A stretch of DNA of 64,000 bases from Cyanophora paradoxa CCMP329 (taxonomy: Eukaryota > Plantae > Glaucophyta): contig QPMI01000031.1 in the NCBI GenBank assembly GCA_004431415.1, positions 1-64,000 on the forward strand, given 5' to 3'. Shown here piece after piece: positions 38,423-49,500 of this stretch (position 1 is its first letter; the number at the start of each line of letters is the position of its first letter). The notes under the pieces are model-generated. The model searched no databases, had not been told where the DNA came from, and worked only from the letters and a program-made list of their open reading frames with translations. A program made the translations under genes and the position numbers.

Positions 38423-41245
38423 CTACTTCTTGGCGCCGCGCTTCTTCGCCGCGCCTGACCGGAGCGAGGCGCTGATGCCGGCCGGGGAGGCCGGGGCCGC
38501 CGCCGCCGCCGCCGCCGCCGGCTTGCTGCTTGCCCGCTTCTTCGCCTCGGGCGCCGCCGCCGCCGCCTCCACCGCCTCCGCGCCCTTCTCCGCCGCCTTG
38601 CGCTTCCCCGCCCCCTTCCCCTTCGGCGCCTCCGCCTCCGCCGCCTCCGCCGCCGCCTCCGCCGTCGCCTCCGCCTTCGCCGCCTTGCCCTTCTTCGCCG
38701 CCGGCGCGGCTGGGGCCGGGGCCGCCTGCTGCAGCGGGGCGGGCGTCAGCGCGGGCCCGCGCTGTGAGGGGCGGGGGCGGGAGAGCGAGTGCCTCCTTGC
38801 GGGGGGCGGCGGCGTCGGCGGCGTAGCCCGGGAAGTCGTAGTCGACGCCGGCGGCGGCGAGCCGCTTGCGCGCCGCCGCCTCCTTCTTCACCAGCTTCGC
38901 CCGCATCTTCTCCACCTCCTCCCGCTCCGCTCCTGCACGGGCGCCCCGCCGTCAGCACGCTTCGCCGCGCCGCCCGCCGCGCCGCGCGGCGGCGCGCACC
39001 GCGTTGTGCCGCGCGATCGCCAGCTTCCGCCACGGTACCTGTCGCCCCGGCCGTCAGCGCGCGCCCGCCGGACGCGGGCGAGGAGGGCCATAAAGCGAGG
39101 CGGGGGGAAAGAGGGAGGAGGGGAAACGGTGGGCGTCAGAGTGAGCTGTGGTATTAGTTCGTTCAGCGTTTGTGTCACGAAGGGGAATCCAGTTTCATCA
39201 CGCGGCCCGAGAAATTGGAAAGGGGGAATGAATGGAAAGCCGGGATCAGAGTGAGCTGTGGTATTGGTTCGTTCAGCAGGTGCGTCACGAAGGGGAATCC
39301 AGTTTCATCACGTCGGCCGGAGGAGGCGAAAAGGGACCGGCCCTTCCTAGAGAGCGGGCGGGGCTGGGCGGGGCTGGGCGGGGCGGGGCGCACCCGCTTG
39401 AACTTCCTGTTGGCGCCGACGAAGGTCTTGGGGTGGACGCGCTCCGGGGGCACCAGCTTGGCCGTCAGCAGGCGCCTGGGGGGGGTCAGGCCGGGCGGGC
39501 TGGAGGGGGCGGGGCGGGCCGGGGCGGGGCGGGGCGGGGCGGGGCGGACCCGAAGAGGAGGTACTTGTCCATGGTCTCGGCGACGATGCGGGCGACCTCC
39601 GCGCTCGCGAACTCCACGAACGCGAACCCCCGCGACTTCCCCGTCTGCAGGGGGGCGTTGGGGGCGCCTGGGCGCTCCGGGGGCCCCGGCCCCGCCCGCC
39701 CCGCGCACCTTCTTCGAGCGCGAGAGCCGCAGCCGCGTCACCCGCCCGAACTGCGCGAAGAACCTGCGCGCGGCCCGCCCCGGCGCTCGGCCCCGGCCCC
39801 GGCGGCGCGGGCGGGGACGCGGGCCGGGGGGCGGACCCGCGCATCTGGTCCTCAAAGAAGCCGTAGGGGATGTGCCCCAGGTAGACCACCCCGGGCTCCC
39901 CGTCCTCCTCCCCGTCCTCCTCCCCGCCCTTGCGCTTCTTGGACTTGGCCTTCTTCTTCTTCGCGGGGAGGGCCGCCACGCGCGCCTCCAGCTCGGCCCT
40001 CTTCGCGTCGCTGAGGAGGACCGAGGGGCCGGCCGCCGCCTCGGGCTCCGCGTCCGAGCCCGCCCCGTCGTCCCCCTCGAAGACGGCCCCCACCTCCCCC
40101 TCCTCCTCCTCGTCGCTGTCCTGCGCCCGCCGGCATCGGCCCCGGCCCCCGCCGAGCCCCGCGGGCCGGGGGGCGGGCGGGCGAGCAGGCGCACGGCGGG
40201 GAGCTGGATCACGTCCTCGTCCTCCTCGTCCGCCGCCTGCCGCCGCTTCCCCTTGCCCTTGCCCGCCGCAGCCGCCTTGCCCTCCCCCGCGCCCCCGCCC
40301 GCCTTGCCCGCCTTGCCCGCCTTCCCGCCCTTCGCCTTTGCCGCCGCCTTCTCCGCAGGCGCCGGGGACTGCGGCGGGGCGTGAGGGGTCGAGGGCGCGA
40401 GGAGGGCGGGCCGCGCTCGCCTCGGGCTTGTGCTTCTTGGGGGGGGACGCCTCGCCCTTCTTGCCCTTGGCCGGGGCCCGTGCCGGGGCCTTCTCGGGCT
40501 CCTCCGCCCGCGCCCGCTTCTTCGTGGCCGGCGCCGGCGCCGCCTCGGGGGTCGCCTGCGCGCCCGGCCCCGCTCGCGCTCCGCCCGCGCGACGCCCGCA
40601 GCCGGGATCAACGTACGGGCTTCGCGGGAGCCGCCGCGGGCTTCTCCTTCTTCTCCTTCTGCGCCGCCCGTTTGCGAGGGCGGGCGGCGCTGGTCCGGCC
40701 CGAGGCGCCCGCACCTTGCCCTTGCCCGCCTTGGCGTCTTTGCCCGCAGCGACCGCGGCTGCGTGACCGTGAGGCCGAGAGCATGCGTTAGCTAAGCGCG
40801 ATCCGTACCTTCCGGTTCCTTGGGCGCCTCCTTCGCAGTGGCCTGGGGGAAACGAGACACATCGGCGGCGCCGCGAACGAGCTGAGGGGGAAGCGCGTAG
40901 CGAACCGGCTTGGCTTCCTGCTTGCGTTTCTTGGGGGCTGCCTCGGACTCTGATCGCGCGGCCCGGTAAGCGACACGCGTCAGCATCGTGATCGGCGATC
41001 GCACTCTTCGCCGCGGGCTTGCCCTGCGCGCCCCGCGGATCCCCGTCAGCCGAGCCAGATCATCCGGCGTCGCAGCTACCGCGACGCACCGCGTCCGCCG
41101 CCTCCGCCTCGCTCAGCCTGCGCTTCGGCGCTGCACCGGACCGGTCGGTCAGCGGAGGCCGCGTCGAAAGCATGCGAGTGCCACGAGCACGCAGGCTAAC
41201 GGCACACGGACCGTCCTTGTCCGCGGGAGCCTTGCGCGGCGCCAT
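38423..41245 (-). CDS. NOP15: Nucleolar RRM protein NOP15/NIFK (MKI67IP), a 60S biogenesis factor
   Basis: [17 protein letters not shown]|[20 protein letters not shown]|[52 protein letters not shown]|[15 protein letters not shown]. Stop at 38423-38425. Start approximate (MAPRK). Confidence 0.92.
39136..39201 (-). ncRNA. Box C/D snoRNA-like unit of the same family as the UTP20 copies, in NOP15 intron 39039-39393
   Basis: Reverse complement reads GTGATGAAACTGGATTCCCCTTCGTGA..CAGCTCACTCTGA. Sense to the host gene. Stem gggc/gccc. Confidence 0.87.
39246..39311 (-). ncRNA. Box C/D snoRNA-like unit of the same family, in the NOP15 intron
   Basis: Same 66-nt core, stem gccg/cggc. Confidence 0.87.
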
Positions 41246-41544
41246 CCCAGAACTGTTTGCGTACCCCCCCTTCGCCGGCTCAGACGGCTCTGTCGGCGGC
41301 TCACTTCGGACCAGCTTAAGCTTCAACGCAAAGAAGCGGGGCAAAAGCGCGCACCATGAATCAGCCTCCTGCACGCGATGCGTACAGACGCGGCGTTGAC
41401 GTATGCGGCATGCGCATGCGGCTAGCGCCTTGCAATCATTTGATCATGAATTGACTCGAGCTTGCGGCTAGCGCTGCGCATGCGCCTTCAGTGCCAGCCA
41501 GTGCGCGCGCCATGCGCCTTATAAAAAGCTTCAGCTAGCACTCG

Positions 41545-41900
41545 ATGAAGGTACGCGCTCCTCCCGGCCGGCCGCTCGCCGACGCCCGATCCCGGCCGAG
41601 GCCCGCTCGCCCTTGCTGACTCGCGGTTCCAGATCTTTGCCTGCTTCGAGGCGTGCAGCCCCGCGCGACTTCGCCTCGCGATCCTCGATGAAGGTACGCG
41701 CTCCTCCCGGCCGGCCGCTCGCCGGCACCCGATCCCGGCCGAGGCCCGCTCGCCCTTGCTGACTCACGGCCCCAGATCTCGCATGCGGGCGACTGGCAGC
41801 ACAAGCTGCGACGTTCGATGTGGATGCGCATTGGCGACCGCCGCCCTCCAGCGCTCCCTTGCTCCCCCGGCGCTACGGGCAGGAGCGCTGCGACCGCTGA
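41545..41900 (+). CDS. Possible 63-aa micro-gene with two near-identical 82-nt introns
   Basis: TATAAAA at 41520-41526 and ATG at 41545. Introns 41551-41632 and 41694-41775 (GTACGC..CTGAC..CAG). The spliced frame stays open to TGA 41898-41900. Confidence 0.35.
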
Positions 41901-42051
41901 CGAGGCTAATTGTAGTGTCTGGTTTAGTTTCAGTTATTGAATGTTTAGTGCGTTTAGATGTAGAACAGCGCTTCTCGTATGTGCAATGCGAGTTCGGATG
42001 CATCGGACTGCGTGCTGGGGGCGGCCGTGGCCGCGGTGCTGGGGGTAGCGG

Positions 42052-42274
42052 AGCCTGATTCAGCCTGATATAAACCTGATATTAAAGCCTGATTGAAGCC
42101 TGATTCAGCCTGCTTTAAGCCTGATTCAAGCCTGTCTCGGCCTGTTTAAAATCAGGTTTAGTCCTCCGAAATAAGGCTGAGCCTGTTTCGCCAAGCCTGA
42201 TCATGACTCGGCCTGATTGAAGCCTGTTTCAGATCAGGTTGAGACAGGCCCCGGCGACCCCCTTTTTACTAGTG
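42052..42274. mobile_element. Solitary CACTA/EnSpm-like transposon terminus with subterminal repeats
   Basis: Ends in TTTTTACTAGTG (CACTAGTAAAAA on the minus strand). Preceded by many AGCCTGAT/GCCTGT motifs in both orientations. No partner end seen. Confidence 0.6.
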
Positions 42275-43815
42275 TAGCCAGTACTAGTGCGCCACGTGCA
42301 CGCCTTTAGTTTGCTGCTTACTCAACCTTGCAATTACCTTCGAATTATGATATCGATTTGTGTGATATCGATTTGATATCGCAGGCGGCGGCCGCTCGGA
42401 GCAGCTGGTGCTCACGGCGTCGCCCGGCCCTGGCCCCGGTGCGCGCCCCCCCTCTTCTCTAGCTATAGCCTCTTCTAAGACTCCCCTCCCCTCCGCTCCG
42501 TTTTTCTAAGGGCATCGGGCTCCTCCGCCCCCGCTCCGGATCCCCCTCCCCTCTCATGTCGATATCTTCTTGAATTCGAAAGACTAGTGGAGTAGACTAC
42601 GAGCCTCGCAGGGCAGCCAGACTCTGTCGAGTTCTGTGGAACGAGTTTTGCGGCACGAGACTGCGCGTAACGGGCTGGACCGCCGGGCTAGCGCTATAGC
42701 TAGGCTAGGGAAGAGAGAAAAGCTGAGGGGGGGGGGGGGGGGGGGGGGGGGACAAGGAGGAGGATGGAGGAGGGGGGAGGGGGGGAGGGAGCTCATGATC
42801 ACGCCAAAGGGAATTTCGAAGCGGGATTGGAGGCGGATCCGGACCAGCCACCACGGCCGCCGCGGACCCCGCCGCGCTCGCGATCGGAGGTTGCGTTTTC
42901 GCCCGCGAACCGCCCCCTATAGCTAGGCCTGCCGATGCACACGCGCGCTTCGTCAGATCTAGCACTGGTGCCTAAGGAAGTTTGTTTCCCGCGGGAAACA
43001 TTCACATGTTTCCCTATAGGTATGGCACCGGGGCGGCCGACCCCAATGGGGACCATCAGGTGGGAAACGTCAGGTGGGAAACATCGCTAAGTTTGAGACC
43101 GGGTAACTTTTTTTTTCGTTTGCCCATTACCCGACCCATCTAGCTGGTTTTTACATCGCCAAACATGCGCAACGTTAACGCGTGTACTCTTTATACACAT
43201 GTACAACTCAAGCTAACGAGCTAGCTAAGATCCTAGCGAGCTAGCTAAGATCCTAGCGAGTTAGCTAGCTAAGATCCGAGCTAGCTAGGCCAGGATCCGA
43301 TGATCTTCTGCTTGCTGGGCTGCATCGTACGCGTGCTGTGCTAACGCTGCGAGGCGAGCAATATATATCATAGTATAGCTAGCTATAGCGCTGCTCTAGA
43401 TCTCCTACTCAGTACTTGCTGCGCGCAGCTGCAGCTGCAGCTGCAGCGGATCATGATCATGACTCATGACCGCGTGCCATACGCATGCCAACGCTGCGCA
43501 TGCCAACGCAATAATTAGCTATATTACTAGTGCAGCTTGCTATGATAGCAATTGCAAGTTCAAAGCACCTCATGATCATGATATTGACCGGCCACGGGCG
43601 GCTGCAGCTGGCTGAGACCAGTAGAAGAAAACTGCGTGTATACATTCGTACAAAGCCATTACGCAATCGGTTTTAATAATCATGTATAAACGTATATTGC
43701 AGAGACATCTGATTGAGCGGAAAATTGAGCGAAGGCCCGCGAGCGAGTAAGCCGGCGCAGTGGGGCTTCCCCAACGCGGGTGCCTGCTAGCACTGCACGT
43801 GGCTGGTCCCAAAAC

Positions 43816-44303
43816 TCGCGCGGCCGACGCTCCGTAGTCCAGCCCGACCGAACTCCAAACCCAGCGAACATCGACCGCCCAGCCGCGGCCCCATGCCCGC
43901 CACCTCAGCGGAGACAGCAGCCACACCGTCGGATGCGCCCCCGGACGCACCGACGCCCCGCCCGCTGCTCACGGTCGCCTTTTTGAATGTCGAAAGCCTT
44001 GCAGGCATACCTCGGCGCATCTGGCTCACCGGATGGCTCAAGCGTACCAAAGTGGACGTCCTCGGCATCGTTGACCACCGGCTCAATCCGAAGCAGATCG
44101 CGGCCCTTACGCAGCGCATCGAATCATCGTGGCGCGTGCTCATCCCGCCCGCCGCAGAGCTTAAACCCAACGTCTGGAGCCGAGGCACCGGTTTCCTCGT
44201 CCGCAAAGCCATCCCGGCCCTCCCCGGTGCTACAGCCACGCTCGTGCCCCTCCCGCCCACGCCGGGCCTGCGGCCGCACGATGCTTCACTACTTCGCCTC
44301 TCC
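43816..44303 (+). repeat. 488-bp direct copy of the 5' end of the non-LTR retrotransposon at 55578-56065
   Basis: Appears identical by eye from tcgcgcggccgacgctcc to acttcgcctctcc. Encodes the same APE N-terminus. Confidence 0.92.
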
Positions 44304-44555
44304 CCAAGTTTCAAACTGAACGGAGTTTGCGTCACGCCCCGCCCATTGTTAACTTCTTCCGCCAATGAAATTAGCCCAGCGCAAACTTGAGCTCGAACTT
44401 GGCCTCGTACACAGTGGCGTACACACGCGGCCACAACGGTCACAGTAACGGTCAGCAGGCCGGCTTGCTAGTCAGCTTCCCTCGGCTAGGCCGGACTAGC
44501 TAGCTTCCCGCCATCGCGCACGCCCGAGCGCGAGCATTCCTGCACGCCGCCGTGC

Positions 44556-46483
44556 ATGAAGCAGTCAAAGCGAAAGGAACCCAGCCTCTGGGATGACGGC
44601 TTCGACGAGGCCCGACGTCGGCACCGCTGGCACGGCAAGCGACCCGACAGCAGCAGCTCGTGGGCCGGCAAGGGCAACATGAAGCGTGTCAACAAGATCA
44701 CTCAGCAGGCGCGCAAGGCGAAGGAGCCCAAGCTCCCTGACCTCGACATCCTCAAGGGCGAGCACCCCGCGGCAACGGTCCGCTGCCTGGACACCAGCGG
44801 CCGCGCCTACCACGTTCGCCTTGGCGACTTCGTCATCTGTTCAGTTAGCTCAGACACCCAGCTGTGTCCAGAACTCAGCGTCGTTCGCCCGAAGCCCTTC
44901 CATTTCCCGCGCCCAGGTGAAACGATTTTGGCGCGAGTCGAGGGCGAGTTCCCAACACAGACGAAGGCGAAGCGCGGCGACTTCAACTACTCCGTCAACG
45001 GCGTCATCCTTCGGCGCTTCGTGCGCCCGGAGGACTCCGATGTGAAGGACTGCGGGCTCGGCAGCGTGATCATCAAGGCAGACGGGGAGCAGGCAGCCGT
45101 GGCCATCGCAAACCACCTCATCTACTACTCGAACGTGACGGTCCGCCCGCCGCGCCCGCGCCCCGTTCCAGCGTCCGATGCCCGTGCGCGCAGGTTCACG
45201 CACCCGCGAAGGTGGTGGCCGCGGACGAGTACAAAGCCCTCAACCACGCCGATCCCCACATCTACGTCTGTAAGCAAATCATGACGTTCCCGGGCGACGG
45301 CTCCTTCCAGTTCGACGTCGCCCTCGCCTTCAACGCGAGGCTCAAGCGAGTGGCGAAGAAGAAGATGGCGTGCTTCCTCCGGCCGCTGTCGAGGCCGGAG
45401 GAGCGCGTGGAGGCGATTGGCTACCTTCAGGACGCCGCCGCGAACGCCCTCAAGCGCCGGAAGACCGGGACGCAGCTTGTCAACGTCAAGATCCCGGTGG
45501 CCGGGCCGGCAATGTTGGTCTGCGGCTCTTATGACTCGTTCGAAGTTCTTTTTCCTATCCTCTAACGGTGCGCATCGCAGGAGAACATCGTGGCGCAGGT
45601 CGCGCACGTCGCCACGCCCATCGACCCGAAGACGGGCCAGCCGATCCCGGTTGACAAGCTGCCGGCGGCGAATCGCTTCGTTATCGAGCTTCCGGACCGC
45701 GAGACCGCTGCTGGTGGAAGCCGCTTCCTTTTTCCCGCTCGCTGTTCTTTTTCCGACCTCTTTGCAGCTGTTCTCGGTCCCTCCGGCGTGGCGCAAGCGT
45801 CCAAGCGCGTCTGCAAGCGGGACGCGGACGGGAAGGCGATCCGGAAGCACAGCGAGATGCAGACCGTCACCGTCGAGAAGGCGTACGGCGGCTTAATCGT
45901 GCCGCGCCACACGGGCTCCCATGACGTCGTCCAGTTCGACGAGCGTGCGCCCGGCCCGCCCTCGCCGCGCCGCTCGCTTACGAAGCTCTGCTCCTTGGGC
46001 GCGGCAGGTCCCGGTCGGATCGTGGCCACGAAGCGCTCGGGCAGGAAAGGTGGGCACGTCACGCTCGAGCTTCCGAGCTACGAGTACGGCCCCGACGGCG
46101 AGCGCATCGCCAGCCTCGCGGGGCCCCTCGCGGCTGTCCCCGTGAAGCGCCCGCGCCGGTGCCGCGCCGGCGCCAACACCGTCGCCAAGGCGCCGCCTGT
46201 CCCCGAAGCAGCCCCTTCAGAACCTGCCGCCGCCGCCCTGCCGGCCCCCGCCGCCGCCGCCCTGCCGGCCCCCGCCGTCGCCGCCCCGCCGGCCCCGCCG
46301 CCGCCGCCCTGCCGGCCGCCGCCGCCGCCGCCCGCCCGCCCCCGCCCCGCCGGTCGCCGCCCTGTCGGCCCCTGCTGCTGCTGCCCCACCGGCCGCTGCC
46401 GCCCTACCTGCCCCCGCCGCATCCGCCTCGGTCCCCAAGTGCGCCCCCTCCCCTCGCCCCCGCTCGGCTACTTGCTCGCCTAA
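44556..46483 (+). CDS. BAH (bromo-adjacent homology) domain-like protein, spliced
   Basis: YHVRLGDFVI..ILARVE..LRRFVRPED..LIYYSN..VHAPAKVV..DEY..IYVCKQ follows the BAH pattern (GD.V; IARI; WF.RP.E; ELF.S; G.C.V; F.C). Basic N-terminus and Pro-rich C-terminus. Confidence 0.65.
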
Positions 46484-46596
46484 TCCTGCAGCAGGAAGGA
46501 TCGCGCGGCACAGCTCGCGGCCGCGGTGGCGGCGCGCAAGAGGGCAAAGTCGTGAAGCTGCTACTGAGAATCGCACTATCTAGGTTACAAGGTGCG

Positions 46597-49500
46597 CTAT
46601 GTCTGGTCCAAATCCATTTCGTCTATTTCCCCCTCCGCTAGATCGTCTGCTAGAACCTCTGCTAGGGCCCTATCATCGAAATCGAGCATGTTGGCGCCCT
46701 CATCCTCCGCCTCCATCTCCTCCTCCGCCTCCTCCTCTGCCTCGGCGTCGTACTCGGCGGTCTCCTCCTCCTCCTCCTCCTCGTCCCCGCTCTCCTCGGG
46801 CACCTCGTCCTCCGGCACCGGATCCCCTCCTGCAGCTCAATATCCTCGTCGATCTCCTCCTCGTCCGCAGGCAGGGGCACCGCTGCCACCTCCTCGCCCC
46901 CGGCGGCGCCGCCGCCGCCCCTTCGCCCTGCATAGCCGCTGACCGGTGGGACGGGCCGCAGGTCGGGGGATGAAGGGCCCATCTGGCCAGGCCTTGGCGG
47001 CGACGGGCGCGTCGTACTCGGCGTGGGCAGCGTCCTTCCCGCCGGCGCTCGCCTCCGTCATGTTCCGCATCCACAGCGCCAGGCGCCGCCGCTGGTGCGT
47101 CATGATCTGCTTGAGCATGTCGAGGTCCTTGTTCCACCCGCCACCGAGAGACGTGACGGTGTGTCGCAGGCGCCGAAGGAGGCCCATGTAGGACTCGATG
47201 ACCTCGCAGCTCCAACGGCCGGGCGCGTTCGTGTTGTCGACGCGCGCCCAGAACGCGAGGTGCGCAAGCGTCGAGTGCATGTAGCGTGTGAAGATCTTCC
47301 ATAACGGGAAGTGTGTCTCCATCAGGCCCTGGAGCTCGGCGACGGCCTCGATAACTTGCTGCCGCGCCTCCTCGTCGGGCTTCATGTTCCGCTCGTACTG
47401 GTAGATGATCTGGCGGAGCTGCCAAATCTCGTGCATGCCCCTCGTCTTCTCGCTCCAGCTCTCCTTACTGTCGCCGAAGCAGATGCTGAAGAGGGTGTCG
47501 GGCGCCTCGGGGTCCTCCAGGATCTTCTTGGCGGTGTTGGCGGAGATCTTCTGGAAGAACTTGTAGGTGGCCCCGTTCTCGGTCTTCTCGAACTTGATGT
47601 TCCGCGCGTATTTATCGCGAAGATGACGCTGCAGGTCTTCGATGCGCTTCTGCTGGTCCTCGGAGGCACCACAGGCGAGGGCGAGGAAGAAGTAGACGAA
47701 GAACCCGGCCACCCAGCTCTTGATGCCGTGCAGGGCGTCGTCGAGCCGGACCTGAGGTGCGCGTTGGCGTCCGCTGAGGCGAGGTGTCGCGGGCTTCTCA
47801 CCTCGACGGCAGCGACGGGCAGCATGCTGTTCGGGAGCGGCTGCAGGAGGGCGTTGGCGTCGTGCTCGGGGGTGCGGATTCTCTGTTCGCTGGCTGGAGG
47901 GAGGCCGTCCCGATCCCGCGGCCCTGCTGCGCGCACGACTTCGACCGCCGAGCAATCGGACCTGCAGTAACGTGAGCCCCATGCCGAATCTCAGCGCGTG
48001 TGACTCGGCGAACTGACCCGCGTCGGTGGACAGAATCGCAGTGCGGGCACAGGTCGAAGCCGAGGAGGACGCGGAGGAACTTGTAGTCGCCCGTCACCAA
48101 GAATTCGACCTCGACGGGCTTGTCGTGCTCGTACCCGGGGATCAGGGTGAGCGGGTTCTCGTTCAGGTACTCGACCATGTCGGCGAGGGGCTTGATGCGT
48201 GGGCGCAGGTTCTCCTCGCTGTCGCTACCGCCGAAGAGCATTAGGGGCAGGAGGGCGTAGCAGCTCTGAACGCCCTTCAGCGGGTGGTACGCCTGCGTCC
48301 CGTCCTCCTCGATGACGTAGTAGCCGTCGACGATTGCCACGATGCAGGTCATGCCGTCGGTCGTGGAGACGCTCTTCCCGCGGAACGCGATCGTCCCGTC
48401 GCCCGCCAGGCGGACTCGAGGTCTGATCTTCTTCCCCCTGTGCTTGTGCAGCGGGACGAAAGCGCTGATGAGGGCCGACAGGGCGGGCGTCGGCGTGACA
48501 GCTCTGCGGGGCGGCGGCGCTGCCGCCTCTCCGCCCGCCGCCGGCGCTGCCGCCTCTCCGCCCGCCGCCGGCGCTGCGCTCGACGGAGGCACAAAGAGCT
48601 CGAGCATGACGCCCGGCTTGCCCTTGTTCTCCTCGTCGCCGACGCCCGCCGCTGTTTCGACGATCTGCACGATCTGCACCGCTCGGTGAGCCTCGTCCCT
48701 CACCCCCGCCCCGCGCGCGCGCGCCGCGCCTTCTCGAGGTCATCGTTGACCTTGCCCCGTAGCTTCGTGATGCAGTGCTTCGACGGGAGGAAGGCTCGCA
48801 GCCCCACGAAGTGCTTCTTCAGGGCCTTCTTGAGGAGCTTCGTGAACTCAAAGTACGTCGCCTGCCCGGGTCGGTTTAGAACGGGATGGGGGGTTAAAAC
48901 ATTCGAGAAAGGGCGCACGTCCGAGATGCAGTGGCGGTCCTTCCACTCTAGAATCTCGCAGTCGGGAAGGTGTCCCGCAGCTTCCTGCAGGCGATGCTCA
49001 TCGCCTTCTTCACTTGCAGCTGACCCGATTTGCTCGTTTCCAGGGCTCGTTGGGCCTGCGGACGGTGGTTCAGAAAGGTGCTCTTCTCCAACGATTTTGT
49101 AGCCTATTAAAGTACGATTCTCGGTAGCTCTTTTTATGTATAATAACGCGCACTGCGTGTGGCCCGATGATGCTCACGAGGCGGCGTGCCTCCGCCTCCA
49201 GCGCCTCCCTCCTCTTCTGATAGGCGCCCTCCTCCTCTCCTTTGTTCCTGGGGCGCCCTGGATAAGCATGCATATGCCTGCGCGCGCGCCGCCCCGCCTT
49301 GTACCTCGCGAAGTTCTTTTTAAACATGGGGAGGCGGATCTGGATGTCCGGACTCGCAGCGTTTAGAATCGTCGAGAGCAGCATGCGGAGGAACCGCGTG
49401 CGCCGCTGCCTGGACGTATCCGAGCATCCCTTCCCAGGGACCTGCCTAGCTATGCGCGAGATGGTCGCTGCACGCTGTGCCGAAGTCCGCGGGACCTTGG

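Noticed and set aside
12982-42751. Poly-C/poly-G runs at about 12982, 24588 and 42727 read as poly-Pro or poly-Gly coding
   Set aside because: Simple homopolymers in non-coding context with no supporting codon bias.
44556-46483. True RAG2 homologue
   Set aside because: No kelch repeats or PHD Cys/His pattern are visible. Only the arrangement and a chromatin-reader role are analogous.
1700-46830. Calling UTP20, cyclase 2 or the transposase pseudogenes because of apparent 1-nt frameshifts (for example about 34225 and 46825)
   Set aside because: The shifts sit in G/C runs and also appear in the essential gene UTP20, so sequencing or assembly indels are more likely. The same caveat applies to the LINE frameshifts.
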